Part shown: positions 50,930 to 61,967 of the stretch, in pieces
Layout of the letters: every line of letters begins with the position of its first letter
Numbering within the stretch: the first letter of the stretch is position 1
NCBI GenBank assembly: GCA_963664395.2
Contig: OY761159.2
Coordinates: forward strand, 928,001-992,000
Reading direction: 5' to 3'
Origin: Candidatus Binatia bacterium
GTDB lineage: Bacteria; Desulfobacterota; Binatia; Bin18
DNA length: 64,000 nucleotides
The notes under the pieces: model-generated
The model's database searches: none
What the model saw: only the letters and a program-made list of their open reading frames with translations
Told to the model about the DNA's origin: nothing
Position numbers and translations under genes: made by a program

Positions 50930-51520
50930 ATGGATACCGTCCGCTATAGTCTGGCTCTCCTCACGCTGGTTACCTTTATTCCGGGTATATTGTTCTGGCC
51001 GTTCGCTCACGGTCTGGTCCGTCGCTGGCGACAACTTGGATTAGCGCTCTCGTACACAGTGCTCGGGGCGATTCTCATTGCCATAGGTACCGGCGTCTTT
51101 GTGCTGCGTCAGACGCTCCTGGCCGTAGAGTTCGGCCCGCCCGGCTGGTTAGGCTGGCCGGCCTTGCTGTGCTTTGTCGCCGCCGTGGTGGTTGAGGTGC
51201 AGTGTCAAAAACATCTGACCCTGCGCACTTTGGTCGGCATTCCCGAACTGTCGCCCACGCCGACCGGCCAGCCGCTCTTGGACCAGGGTATCTATGCGCG
51301 GTTGCGACATCCCCGTTATGTCGTCGTGATCCTGAGTGTCTTCGCGCTTGCGCTCTTTACGAACTATCTGGCCGTGTATCTCCTGTGTCCTCTCGCCGGC
51401 GTTGTGCTGTATGGCATCACGCTGATGGAAGAACGCGAACTGGTCGAGCGCTTTGGCGAGGCATACGAGCAGTATCAACAGCGGGTGCCACGTTTTGTCC
51501 CCAAGATTCCCAAGCAGTAA
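50930..51520 (+). CDS. Isoprenylcysteine carboxylmethyltransferase-like membrane protein
   Basis: GIYARLRHPRY, EERELVERFGEAY..Y..RVPRF. Confidence 0.85.
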   Translation: MDTVRYSLALLTLVTFIPGILFWPFAHGLVRRWRQLGLALSYTVLGAILIAIGTGVFVLRQTLLAVEFGPPGWLGWPALLCFVAAVVVEVQCQKHLTLRTLVGIPELSPTPTGQPLLDQGIYARLRHPRYVVVILSVFALALFTNYLAVYLLCPLAGVVLYGITLMEERELVERFGEAYEQYQQRVPRFVPKIPKQ

Positions 51521-51530
51521 GGGGGGGAAT

Positions 51531-52412
51531 ATGGAAAAGTCGGTTCAATTCTACAGTGAAAGTGTCCCCATGGCCGGCGTCCTTTTTTTGCCTGAGAACA
51601 GCTCTCCCGACAGGCAAAGACCCGGCATCGTCATATGCCACGGTTTTACTGCGGTGAAAGAAATCCTGTTGCCCGATATTGCCCGGCGCGTGGCTCAGGC
51701 CGGGTATGTTGTCCTGACGTTTGATTACCGCTTCCTGGGTGCGAGTGGCGGAGAACCCCGTCGCCAGATCATCCCTATGCGGCAGATCGAAGATATCCAA
51801 AATGCGGTCACGTTCATGCAGCAACAGCCCGAGGTCGCCCCGGACCGGATTGGATTGCTCGGCGTCAGTCTCGGTGGGGCCAACGTCAGTTATGCTGCCG
51901 GGGTAGAAGAGCGGGTCAAAGCCACGGTGAGCGTCTGTGGCATCGGCGACTGTGGGCGTTGGACGCGTGACGCCTGTCATTTCTGGGAATGGCAGGCATT
52001 ACTCCGACGCCTGGCAGACAACCGACGCGAGCGCGTCCTGACCGGGCAGGAGCAGTATGTTCAAGCCAGTGAGATTGTGCCTGAGCCGGAGAGTACGACC
52101 GCCCTGTTTGCGCAGATTCTCGACCAGCATCCGCAGTGGAGCCGAGAGATCACGCTGACCTCGGGTGAAGCCTTGATTGCGTATCGACCCGAGTCCGTCG
52201 TGCATCAGATATCACCCCGGGCGATGCTATGGCTGCACGGCGACGCGGATGAGCGCGTATCCATGGAAGAGTCACAGGCCATGTATGAAAAGGCTGGAGA
52301 GCCCAAGAAGATTGTGATTCTGCCCGGCCTTGGCCATAGTGATATTCTCTCTGGTCCCGGGCTTGACCAGAGTCTGCCGCTCATCAAAGAATGGTTTGAA
52401 ACACATCTCTAA
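51531..52412 (+). CDS. Alpha/beta hydrolase
   Basis: CHGF, FDYRFLGAS, GVSLGG nucleophile elbow, HGDAD, GH. Confidence 0.9.
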   Translation: MEKSVQFYSESVPMAGVLFLPENSSPDRQRPGIVICHGFTAVKEILLPDIARRVAQAGYVVLTFDYRFLGASGGEPRRQIIPMRQIEDIQNAVTFMQQQPEVAPDRIGLLGVSLGGANVSYAAGVEERVKATVSVCGIGDCGRWTRDACHFWEWQALLRRLADNRRERVLTGQEQYVQASEIVPEPESTTALFAQILDQHPQWSREITLTSGEALIAYRPESVVHQISPRAMLWLHGDADERVSMEESQAMYEKAGEPKKIVILPGLGHSDILSGPGLDQSLPLIKEWFETHL

Positions 52413-52424
52413 CGAGGAAGCCGT

Positions 52425-52922
52425 ATGCGTCAGGTCCGGCGGAATATTGTACTCTCCCTCATGCTCGGCTTTTGCCTTGTCCTTCTGTGCACGCCGCAAG
52501 CGTCGTCTCAGGAGTGGGGGAAATCCTTTAATCCGTATACCGGCCAGTGGGAAGACGTGAACCCCCCATCTGCTGACCCGCCAAACCGGAAGTCGGATGT
52601 TGCCCCTGCGGAGGCAGCACAAGAAGTGCTGAAGCGAGCCGCGGACCCTGCGGAGGCGTCAGCGGAAGCGCCGCAGCAAGAACCCACGAGCAAAGAAGCG
52701 GCTCTGCAAATACTGCAACACAAAACTGCTGACGCAGCCAAGTGGGTGTATGAACAACCCGCCTGCCCGAGCATGCATTATCACAAACCCCTTGCGGGGA
52801 AAGATGTGTGCGCAAATCCCCTCGGAGACGATGTTGAGGTCAGTTGCCCTGCCGGAGCGTCACTTGTCACAGACTACCACCCGGCCGGCAGCGACGCCTG
52901 CCGAGGGGAGCGGTCTTTTTGA
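52425..52922 (+). CDS. Hypothetical secreted protein with Cys-rich C-terminus
   Basis: Signal peptide (LSLMLGFCLVLLCTPQASS); CP..Y..G.D.C pattern twice; GAGGA RBS. Confidence 0.55.
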   Translation: MRQVRRNIVLSLMLGFCLVLLCTPQASSQEWGKSFNPYTGQWEDVNPPSADPPNRKSDVAPAEAAQEVLKRAADPAEASAEAPQQEPTSKEAALQILQHKTADAAKWVYEQPACPSMHYHKPLAGKDVCANPLGDDVEVSCPAGASLVTDYHPAGSDACRGERSF

Positions 52923-53183
52923 GTCGCTCTCTCGGTGTGTCGGCAATCCGTCAATCCACTCATCATTAGATACCGGTCGGTTTCAACGCTTCGTATCGAA
53001 TGTGCCTAAGCCGGACTCGGCTCGCTTGCGCAGCGGCGTGTGGCAACTCTTGCAATTGGGCCGCATTCCGCTACAGGATGAGGATATTCGTCAACATGTT
53101 TCACCAAGGGCATGAACCGGGTGGCTATGGGGAGGAAGGGTATGTAACCGCAACTGGCTCCCATGAGCCAAAGGAGGGTTCAT

Positions 53184-54739
53184 ATGGCAGAGTACGATCT
53201 GCTTATCAAGAACGGCACGATCATCGACGGATTACAGGTGCCCCGCTATCGAGGCGACATTGCAATTCGTACCGGCAAGATCGTTGCCATGGGGAACAAC
53301 ATCCAAGGCTCGGCCACGCGCGTCCTTGATGCGACCGGCATGATCGTCGCACCGGGGTTTATAGATCTCCATACCCATTACGATGCGGCGCTCAGCGGCG
53401 GTACGGCCTGGGACCCGTATGCCACCCTGTCCGGCTGGTACGGTGTGACCACGGTGGCGATCGGGAACTGCGCGCCTGGGTATTGGGCAACGATGCAGCG
53501 CGGGACCCGGACTATAAGACAACCCCGGATCAGGTTGCGGAGCTGAAACATCTGTTGCGGGAGGGGTTACAGGCCGGCGGCTTTGGTTTTTCCGCCAGCT
53601 TCAGTATGGCCAACCGCGACTATGATGGCGGCTATCTCCCGACCCATGTGGCGCCGCGTGAAGAGTTTCTCGAAATGGCGTCCGTCATGCGCGAGTTCAA
53701 CCGCGGCTCTATCGAGTGGACGATGGGCCATGCCCTACAGGGGCTGGGGATGGACTTCTTATTGGAGTTGGCCAAGACGAGCGGCCGACCGGTGAACTGG
53801 AACGCGATTATCCACGATCCGTCCTCACCCGATACCTGGCGCGAGCAACTGGCCTGGACCGAACGGGCAAATAAAGAGGCGCCGGTCCTGCCGATCAACA
53901 TCTGCATGCCGATTGAGTTTGAGTTTACGCTGGAAACCATGGGGCTGTTTGACCAGTTGCCGGCGTGGAACGAGGCCACGGTCGGCAGCCTGGAAGAGCG
54001 CCGCATGAAGCTGGCCGACCCCGGTCGGCGGGCTGCCCTCAAGGCCGATATGGAAAAGGCGCCGACCGTCATGCCGGGCGAGCATCCCGACGGGGAACAG
54101 GGTCAGTTGCGGATGTTCCGCTGGGAGGAGACGTTTATCGATGATGTCCATCTGGAGAAGAACGCGCATCTCAAAGGCCGAACCGTCGCAGAAGTGGCGC
54201 AGGAGCAAGGCAAACATCCGGTCGACGCGCTGCTCGACCTGTCCGTAGAAGAAGAACTCAAGACCGAGTTCGCCATGCAGGGCTTCATCAATAACGATGA
54301 AGAAGCCCTGAGCACCATTCTCAAACACCCACTGTGCCTGGTCGGAGCCTCAGATGGCGGCGCGCATACCAAGTTCCTGACCCTGGGCCGCTATCCGACT
54401 CACTTCTTGACCCATTGGGTGCGCGACAAGCAGATCATGACCCTGGAAGAGGCGCACTGGCGGTTGTCGACCATGATTGGCTGGGCGATTGGCATCCGGG
54501 ATCGAGGCTGGCTGCGCGAGGGCATGCCGGCGGGCATCGTGGTGTACGACCTGGAAAAGCTGGCCGTGCGTCCGATGGAGAAGATCAGCGACCTGCCCGA
54601 CGGCGACTGGCGGCGGGTGCAGAAGGCCGACGGCTATCGGTATTCGATTATCAATGGCCAGATTACGTTTGAAGACGGTGAGTGCAGCGGCGCCCTGCCG
54701 GGCAAAATGCTGCGCAGTTACGATATGGTTGCCGGATAA
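53184..54739 (+). pseudogene. N-acyl-D-amino-acid deacylase-like amidohydrolase with internal deletion/frameshift
   Basis: PGFIDLHTHYD..GVTTVAIGNC in one frame, AWVLGNDAARD...SDGGAH in another; junction at AACTGCGCGCC (~53465-53475). Confidence 0.78.
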
Positions 54740-54772
54740 CGTATCCAGCCACAGATCTCACCGAGAACAAGG

Positions 54773-54796
54773 CGCCGGGTTTCGACCCGGCGTTTT
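54773..54796 (+). terminator. Rho-independent terminator
   Basis: CGCCGGGT-TTCG-ACCCGGCG followed by TTTT. Confidence 0.6.
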
Positions 54797-54831
54797 GGTG
54801 TAAAGCTGCTGAATAAGGAGGATCGTGGAGC

Positions 54832-55353
54832 ATGACGTCTTCGGAACAACGAGTTGTCGACGCGCTCGAAGAACTTGGGCTGCCCTTTGAGCGGATTACT
54901 ATAGATCCGGCCCATGCCGATACGGCCGTGTTTTGCGAGAAATATGGCTATCCGCCGGAAACGTCCGGCAACACGATTATTGTGGCGTCCAAGAAAGAGC
55001 CCAAGCAATTTGTTGCCTGTGTGGTCCTGGCCACAACCCAGCTTGATGTGAACAAACGGGTGCGCAAACTCATGGGTGCGTCCAAGGCGTCTTTTGCCTC
55101 CGCCGAGGAGATGAACGCGCTGACGAGCATGGAAGTCGGTGGCGTGACGCCGTTTGCGTTGCCTGCGGATATGCCGTTATATGTTGATACGCGAGTGATG
55201 GGGCTGGAAACTATTATCCTGGGTGGTGGGGGACGCGGTCTCAAGATCGGGATTTCGCCACAAGTTTTCCACAAGCTGGGAGCTGAGGTTGTCGCGGATT
55301 TAGGTATCCGCCCGCATACAGGAGCAACAGGAGCAACAGGAGCAAAACCATGA
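54832..55353 (+). CDS. YbaK/EbsC-like tRNA-editing domain protein
   Basis: KASFASAEE...MEVGGVTPF, LGGGGR..K. Confidence 0.85.
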   Translation: MTSSEQRVVDALEELGLPFERITIDPAHADTAVFCEKYGYPPETSGNTIIVASKKEPKQFVACVVLATTQLDVNKRVRKLMGASKASFASAEEMNALTSMEVGGVTPFALPADMPLYVDTRVMGLETIILGGGGRGLKIGISPQVFHKLGAEVVADLGIRPHTGATGATGAKP

Positions 55354-55688
55354 GTATTTTTCATATGTATACCGGGGATGATGGACAGTCGCATATCGAG
55401 GAGCCGGCGTTGAGTGCGCAACCGAGTCAGGAAGCGCCTCAAGCGACACAGGAGATTTTCTTTCGGGAACTTCCGGTCGGAACCGCCATGGATTGGCATA
55501 ATGCCCCGCGGCGACAGTACGTGATCGTCTTCAAAGGCCAGATGGAAATCGGCTTTAAGGACGGATCGGTCCGGCGTTGTGGAGCGGGGGATGCCGTGCT
55601 CGCCGCAGACCTGACCGGTAGCGGGCACACGACCCGCGTGGTCGGAGACGATCCTGCTGTCGTTGGTGTCGTGCCGTTGGCAGACTGA
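55350..55688 (+). CDS. Small cupin-like protein
   Basis: YTGDDGQSH, WHNAPRRQYV, DLTGSGH. Confidence 0.75.
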   Translation: MSIFHMYTGDDGQSHIEEPALSAQPSQEAPQATQEIFFRELPVGTAMDWHNAPRRQYVIVFKGQMEIGFKDGSVRRCGAGDAVLAADLTGSGHTTRVVGDDPAVVGVVPLAD

Positions 55689-55701
55689 CTTTTAGACAGA
55701 C

Positions 55702-56565
55702 ATGGAACACAACACTACCCTGCGGATCTTTGACGGTGCCGTGGCGATTATGACCGGTGGGGCCTCGGGTATTGGCCGCGCGCTGAGTGAGGCGCTGGCC
55801 CGGCGCGGGGCGTGTGTTGTCCTAGCCGACCGCCAGTTTGCGCTTGCCCAGGAGGTCGCGGCTGGCATTCAAGCAAGAGGTGGCAAAGCGTCTGCGGTTG
55901 AATTGGATGTCACGAACTTCACTGCGGTGGACCAGTTCGTCCGGGCGACGGCCCAAGCTCAGGGCCGGCTGGACTATATGTTCAACAACGCCGGCATTGC
56001 GATTGGGGGAGAGGTGCGGCTGTGTCAGATTGAGGACTGGGACGCCGTCCTGAATGTGAATCTGCACGGTGTGGTCAATGGGGTACAGGCGGCCTATCCG
56101 GTTATGCTCAGCCAGGGCTACGGCCATATTGTCAATACCGCTTCCATGGCCGGTCTGCTGCCCATGCCAGCGGCCGTTAGTTATGCGACCACAAAACATG
56201 CGGTGGTCGGTCTTTCCAAATCACTCCGGGTTGAAGCCGTACCGTATGGTGTCCGTGTCAGTGTGCTCTGCCCTGGGTTTATTCGGACGCCCATCCTGTA
56301 CGGCGGAAAATACGGCAAGCAGTTGCAGCCCATGCCGCCAGAGGTCCAGGAAAAATTCATCCGACAATACCGGCCCATGGACCCGGCTGTGTTTGCCGAA
56401 AAAGTGCTGGACGCACTTGCCCGGAACAAAGCGCTGATCATTGTTCCGGGCTGGTGGAGGCTGTTGTGGTGGATCAGTCGCCTCTCCCCAGCCTTGGAAT
56501 TTTCTCTCGCCCAGCGCGGCTATCGGTCGGCGCGCAGGGCGATGCAGTCTGAGACAGACGCATAG
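55702..56565 (+). CDS. Short-chain dehydrogenase/reductase
   Basis: TGGASGIG, NNAG, YATTK. Confidence 0.93.
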   Translation: MEHNTTLRIFDGAVAIMTGGASGIGRALSEALARRGACVVLADRQFALAQEVAAGIQARGGKASAVELDVTNFTAVDQFVRATAQAQGRLDYMFNNAGIAIGGEVRLCQIEDWDAVLNVNLHGVVNGVQAAYPVMLSQGYGHIVNTASMAGLLPMPAAVSYATTKHAVVGLSKSLRVEAVPYGVRVSVLCPGFIRTPILYGGKYGKQLQPMPPEVQEKFIRQYRPMDPAVFAEKVLDALARNKALIIVPGWWRLLWWISRLSPALEFSLAQRGYRSARRAMQSETDA

Positions 56566-56584
56566 CATGCGCCGCGGGCCCGAG

Positions 56585-57163
56585 TCATGCGACCTGTTCA
56601 GCCCCGTTCGTATGCGCCTCCGACAGCGGACACACGCCGCCTTTCTCTAACCCGAGCGCGCGAATAAAACGACCAAAGCCAACAAAAGCCGTAATCCGAA
56701 ACCCGAGGTCAATGATCTCCGGCTCGGTGAAGTGCTGGCGCAGTTCGTCAAACAGTTCTTGTGACGCTTGGGTATGATCTCCGGCTAACACGTCGGCATA
56801 CCGGACGGCAGCCTTTTCACGCGGTGTGAGAACCGTGCTGTCGTTATAGGTCAACAGTTCTCCGATTTGTTCTTCCGTCAGACCTTGTTGCTTTGCCAAA
56901 GCAACGCGCCCGTTGATTCAAAGGGCGCAGTCGTTTCGTTCTGCCACCTTCAAGCGCACCATCTCGGTCAGCTTCATATCGATACTGCCGCGTGTCTCAA
57001 AGATGAGCGGGAAATAATAGTTGACGAAGGATTTGAATACCTCAGGAGCATGGGCAAATACCTGCAAGAACGCCGAGCCGCCATACTCGGTGTCATAGGT
57101 CTGCATGACCTTCTGAACCTCAGGGTCGATATGAGCAAACGGGACTGGACTGACATGCGCCAT
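56585..57163 (-). CDS. AhpD/carboxymuconolactone decarboxylase-like protein, probable selenoprotein (CxxU)
   Basis: ORFs 56918-57163 and 56585-56899 share one frame; read-through gives RNDCAL-U-INGRVALAKQQG, 192 aa. Confidence 0.75.
56887..56905 (-). promoter_or_regulatory. Putative bacterial SECIS hairpin
   Basis: mRNA GUUGCUUU-GGC-AAAGCAAC starting 12 nt after the UGA. Confidence 0.6.
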
Positions 57164-57332
57164 AACACTTCCTCCTTATGCGGTTGTGTGTACTCCTTTT
57201 GGGGGTGAGGAAGCAAGGGGAAATCGTATTCCCTCTCCTTTCAGAGGGCAGCCTACCTGCTATCCTTCAAAATGAAAAAGATACTGCCCCACCTGCCTTC
57301 CGTATTGTCCAATAGCGATCGAACCGATTCCG

Positions 57333-58097
57333 TCACTTCTTCTTCCCCCCCGGCCAGTATTCCTGCGCGCCCAAACCTTCAAGCGCCAGGCCGTAGCCAA
57401 GGTTATCGAGCATCAGCTTCTTGAGCTGCTGGGTCAGGGCAACGCGGGCATAGCGGACGGTCAGGGGCGGTTGTTTGGAGACGAGCTCTGCCAACTCCCA
57501 GGCTCGTTCCAGAAGCTTGTCGCGCGGCATGACCTCGTTGACCACCCCCAGCGTCAGCGCTTCTTGAGCCGAGAGTTTCTGACCGGTGAGCAGGAAGTAT
57601 CGCCCTCGATTCACTCCCAAGAGCAACGGCCAGACAATATGCACCCCGTCGCCTGGAACAATACCGTTGGGAAAATGCGGCGCGTCTTGGAAGACGGCAT
57701 CGTCTGACGCAATCACAATGTCACACAGAACTGCCAGCTCAGCGTGAATCGTAGCCGGACCGTTGACGGCGGCGATCATTGGGACTTCAATGTCCAGGTG
57801 GTTCATTAAGAGCTTTTTGGCATCCCAATAAATATGATCCCAGAGCTGAGGGGACATATCCCATTGGTCCTCTCGGGCATAGCGGGCAATAAACTTGTCC
57901 TCCGTGCCAGTAATAATGACAGCTCTGTTCTCCGGGTCGCTGCCAACGTCGTAGAAACATTTACCCAACTCCGAGTGCGGGCCTTCTCCCCAGTGTAAGG
58001 TTTTTCCATCGGTGTGGAGCGTGAGTTGCAGAATTCCATTGCGCCGCTCCATCCGAACGTGATTATACTTATTGCTGTATTCATCGAATGTTGCCAT
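57333..58097 (-). CDS. Enoyl-CoA hydratase/isomerase family protein
   Basis: [36 protein letters not shown]. Confidence 0.9.
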   Translation of the reverse strand: MATFDEYSNKYNHVRMERRNGILQLTLHTDGKTLHWGEGPHSELGKCFYDVGSDPENRAVIITGTEDKFIARYAREDQWDMSPQLWDHIYWDAKKLLMNHLDIEVPMIAAVNGPATIHAELAVLCDIVIASDDAVFQDAPHFPNGIVPGDGVHIVWPLLLGVNRGRYFLLTGQKLSAQEALTLGVVNEVMPRDKLLERAWELAELVSKQPPLTVRYARVALTQQLKKLMLDNLGYGLALEGLGAQEYWPGGKKK

Positions 58098-58190
58098 AGT
58101 GTCCTCCCTTCTGCATTCGGTTAAACCACGCTCGCTCCGGGAGGACAAGGTTTGGGAGCATTCCCAGCCGGTCTCAAAAAGGAGGGAGAG

Positions 58191-59234
58191 ATGGACTTTG
58201 GACTGTTGTTCGCGTTTGAGAATCCACCGCCCTGGCAGGTTTCATCGGCTCAACTGTGTCGGAGTATGGTCACCCAGGCGGTTCTGGCCGAAGAGTTGGG
58301 CTACGACCATATTTGGACCGCCGAGCACCACGGCACCGACGACTATTTCCCGTCCCAGTTCCCGCTGCTGGCCGCAATGGCGACCCGGACCAGCCGTATT
58401 CGGCTCGGAACCTATATCGTCATCTTACCGCTCTACCATCCGCTCCAGGTCGCGGAAGAAGCGGCCACGCTCGATGCCTTGTCAGACGGCCGCTTCGATT
58501 TAGGTCTGGGCCAAGGCTATGTGGTAGACGAGTACGCAGCCTATAACATTCCCCGCACACAGCGTCCGGCGCGGATGGAAGACGGACTGGCGATTATCAC
58601 CGGGCTGTGGACACAGGAGGAGTTTAGCTACGCTGGCAAGCATTTCACGATCGGGCCGATTTCTCTCCGCCCCCGGCCCGTGCAGACCACCCCGCCGTTG
58701 TGGGTTGCCGGGCTGACTCCGAAATCGATCGATCGCGTTGCACGCTACGGCTGTCATTTTGCTGGTGCAGGCAGTGCGCAGACCAATCAACTGTACGAAG
58801 ACAGTTTACGCCGCCACGGTCGTGATCCCAAAAATTTCAATAAAGCCGCCCTGCGCTTAGTCTACGTGTCCGACACGCGCGAACGCGCCTGGGAAGACTG
58901 CGCCGCCCACGTGCGGCATCGTATGGCCGTCTATACCCAAAAGCTCGACGAGGCCGGAGATTTTCAAATCCCTGGAGGTTATTTTGGCGTAGAGCCCTTA
59001 CCCCCAGCCGAAGAACTTGGAAAGGCCCAGGGACTCCACTTCTTTGGCGCACCGCCCATTATTGGTACGCCAGAGGATGCTATAAAAGAAATTACGCGCT
59101 CACAACAAGAAGCAGGCGTGACCCATATGGTCATGTGGATGCAAATCGGCGGCATTGACCCACGCCGAGCAGAGCATTCCATGCGCTTGTTTGCCACAGA
59201 GGTTATGCCGCACTTTGAGGCACAGGAGGGCTAA
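58191..59234 (+). CDS. LLM-class flavin-dependent oxidoreductase
   Basis: [24 protein letters not shown]. Confidence 0.9.
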   Translation: MDFGLLFAFENPPPWQVSSAQLCRSMVTQAVLAEELGYDHIWTAEHHGTDDYFPSQFPLLAAMATRTSRIRLGTYIVILPLYHPLQVAEEAATLDALSDGRFDLGLGQGYVVDEYAAYNIPRTQRPARMEDGLAIITGLWTQEEFSYAGKHFTIGPISLRPRPVQTTPPLWVAGLTPKSIDRVARYGCHFAGAGSAQTNQLYEDSLRRHGRDPKNFNKAALRLVYVSDTRERAWEDCAAHVRHRMAVYTQKLDEAGDFQIPGGYFGVEPLPPAEELGKAQGLHFFGAPPIIGTPEDAIKEITRSQQEAGVTHMVMWMQIGGIDPRRAEHSMRLFATEVMPHFEAQEG

Positions 59235-59238
59235 CAGT

Positions 59239-60813
59239 ATGCTCCCCCGACTCGGTATCGAAGACATCGCCCACTACAGCCAGGAACTCGGCTTGGAACT
59301 CACTCCGGCTGAAATGCGCAGCATGCAATCTCGCCTGCTTGAGCACATTGCAACGTTCGAGACCTTTCAGGAGCTGAGAATCGAGGAGCAACGTCTGCCC
59401 CTCCGCTATACCGATCGAGACCCCGGCTATCGGCCAACCGCGGAAGAAGACCCGCTGAACGCCTTCATTCGGAAATGTCGGATCAAGGGCGCGAAGGATG
59501 GACCCCTCGTCGGCAAGACCATCGGCCTGAAAGACCACATCAGTGTGGCTGGCGTACCCCTGACGCTAGGCTGCCATTTCATGGACGGCTATATCCCGGA
59601 CTTTGACGCACCTCTCGTCACTCGACTGCTCGACGCCGGAGCCACAATCGTGGGAAAAATGAATATGGAAGACTTCTCCTTTGGCGGCCCGGGTCTCAGT
59701 GGGGTTGGCGACTTTGGGCGACCCCTGAACCCGCATAATACTGCCCATGTCACGGGTGGGTCTTCTTCGGGGTCTGCTGCGGCTGTCGCCGCAGGGCTCG
59801 TTGACGTTGCCTTTGGCGGAGACCAAGGCGGGTCGGTACGGTTGCCGGCTGCGTGGTCGGGCACCCTGGGCCTTATGCCCACACATGGGCTGGTTCCCCA
59901 TACGGGCGTGGTCGGCCTGGACCCCACTATCGATTATGTGGGCCCACTCGCTCGGACGGTCGAAGATATTGCAGCCAGCCTCGAATGTGTGGCAGGTGCG
60001 GATGGCTATGATCCAAGGCAGACCTACCTGCCGGCCCAACTGCCGAGCTACACACAGGCGTTAGCTCAGGATATCAAAGGCGTCCGGATTGGTATTTTAT
60101 CTGAGGGCTTTGGTTTTCCCGGTAGTGAACCCGAGGTTGACCAGACCGTCTTGGACGCACTCACCACCCTGGAGCAAGCCGGGGCTCAGCTTGAGCGCGT
60201 GTCCATTCCTCTGCATGACAAAGCCACGTTGGCCCTGCTGCCTATTTACTTTGAAGGCGGCAAGCATATGTTCGATACCAATCTGGGTGGTGCTGGTACG
60301 AAAACCTATTATCCGACCTCGCTCATCTCCACCTTTGGTCGCTTTAAGCGCAGCCATGGACACGAACTCCCCCTGAACTACAAACTCCATTTGATCCTCG
60401 GCACCTACCTCGCTCGTTTTACGCACGGACGGCTGCATGCCAAGGCACATAATGTCCGGCCCACTTTTGTCAAACAGTATAACCAGACCTTTGCTCAGAT
60501 AGATGTCCTTGCCATGCCAACTGTTCCTATCAAGGCTCCACGCTATCGCGAGCCCACGGATTACGAGGAAGCGATTGAGCATACTCTTTTCGGGGGACAA
60601 CTGGGGTTAGACCTCGGTCTGGTCATCCGTAATATGGGACCGTTTAATCTGACCGGTCATCCCGCGCTCAGCGTGCCCTGTGGGAAGGTTGACGGCCTGC
60701 CAATCGGCCTGATGCTGGTCGCCCCGCATTTCCGTGAGGACCAGTTACTCAGAGTCGCGGCAGCGTATCAGCGTTCAGTGGATTGGGAGAGCATGCTCCC
60801 CTCTTCTCTTTGA
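59239..60813 (+). CDS. Amidase signature family protein
   Basis: LKD, GGSSSGS, GDQGGSVRLPA. Confidence 0.92.
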   Translation: MLPRLGIEDIAHYSQELGLELTPAEMRSMQSRLLEHIATFETFQELRIEEQRLPLRYTDRDPGYRPTAEEDPLNAFIRKCRIKGAKDGPLVGKTIGLKDHISVAGVPLTLGCHFMDGYIPDFDAPLVTRLLDAGATIVGKMNMEDFSFGGPGLSGVGDFGRPLNPHNTAHVTGGSSSGSAAAVAAGLVDVAFGGDQGGSVRLPAAWSGTLGLMPTHGLVPHTGVVGLDPTIDYVGPLARTVEDIAASLECVAGADGYDPRQTYLPAQLPSYTQALAQDIKGVRIGILSEGFGFPGSEPEVDQTVLDALTTLEQAGAQLERVSIPLHDKATLALLPIYFEGGKHMFDTNLGGAGTKTYYPTSLISTFGRFKRSHGHELPLNYKLHLILGTYLARFTHGRLHAKAHNVRPTFVKQYNQTFAQIDVLAMPTVPIKAPRYREPTDYEEAIEHTLFGGQLGLDLGLVIRNMGPFNLTGHPALSVPCGKVDGLPIGLMLVAPHFREDQLLRVAAAYQRSVDWESMLPSSL

Positions 60814-60866
60814 AAAAAACCAATCCGCTCTAATCCATTCCAATCCACTCTTGGAGGAAACCGTCT

Positions 60867-61862
60867 ATGGAAACACGTTCGCTGGGTGCATCAGGAATCC
60901 AAGCCAGTCTCGTAGGTCTTGGGTGTAACAATTTTGGGATGAAGATTGATCTGGCCGCCAGCCGGGCCGTGATCGACACGGCCCTGGATGTAGGCATTAC
61001 CTGTTTTGATACCGCAGACATGTATGGCAAAGGCCAGTCTGAAGAGTTCCTGGGCAAAGTGCTAGGCCCGCGGCGCAAGGATATCGTTCTGGCCACAAAA
61101 TTCGGCGGCGCCGCCATGCTGGCCAAGTCCGGCGAACGTTGGGGCTCCCGCGAGTATATTCTCCGTTGCATTGAGGACAGTCTCCGCCGACTACAGACAG
61201 ACTGGATTGATCTGTATCAAATGCACTATCCCGACCCGAACACGCCGGTGGAAGAGACACTCGAAACGCTGCACGAGTTGGTCCAACAGGGCAAAGTACG
61301 GGCAATCGGGCATTCAAATTTCTCTGGTGAGCAGATTAACCAAGCAGGAGATGCATCCACGGCACGTAATTTTTCTTACTTTGTCACTGCGCAGAATGAC
61401 TGGAGCCTCTTAAACCGTACAGTTGAAACAGATGTGATCCCAGCCTGCGAACAACATGGACTCGGCCAGTTACCCTACTTTCCACTCGCCAGCGGCATGC
61501 TGACTGGGAAATATCGACGCGGAGAAGATTTTGCTCCGGGGACACGCCTGGCCGTCCTGAAATTTGTACGCAATATGGCCTCCGAGGAAAATTTTACCAA
61601 GGTCGAAGCGTTACAGGATTTTGTTGCCCAGCGTGACCGCACCCTGCTCGAACTCGCCTTCTCCTGGCTCGCTACCCAGCCCTGCGTGACCTCGGTGATT
61701 GCCGGCGCCACGACGCCTGAGCAAGTGCGCGCCAATGCGGCTGCACCGAACTGGCCGCTCTTAACAGAAGAGTTAGCTGAGATTGATGCTCTCGCTCCTT
61801 TTATTCCGGCGCAGGAAAACCAGTCAGACAGCTCTGCGCCAAGAGCCGTGGAAAGGTCATGA
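60867..61862 (+). CDS. Aldo/keto reductase
   Basis: GLGCNNFG, FDTADMYG, ATKFG, IDLYQMH, PYFPLASG. Confidence 0.95.
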   Translation: METRSLGASGIQASLVGLGCNNFGMKIDLAASRAVIDTALDVGITCFDTADMYGKGQSEEFLGKVLGPRRKDIVLATKFGGAAMLAKSGERWGSREYILRCIEDSLRRLQTDWIDLYQMHYPDPNTPVEETLETLHELVQQGKVRAIGHSNFSGEQINQAGDASTARNFSYFVTAQNDWSLLNRTVETDVIPACEQHGLGQLPYFPLASGMLTGKYRRGEDFAPGTRLAVLKFVRNMASEENFTKVEALQDFVAQRDRTLLELAFSWLATQPCVTSVIAGATTPEQVRANAAAPNWPLLTEELAEIDALAPFIPAQENQSDSSAPRAVERS

Positions 61863-61967
61863 CCGATACATTGATAAGTTCCGAGAAACTTTCTATGGTC
61901 TTCAGACTGACAGAGCAGAGCAGCGCAATCATTTGATACGGCAGACCGGCAGCCAAGGAGGGAAAAG

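Noticed and set aside
53041-53054. TGGCAACTCTTGCA as a sigma-54 promoter
   Set aside because: Spacing between TGGC and TTGC is 5 nt rather than the required 7
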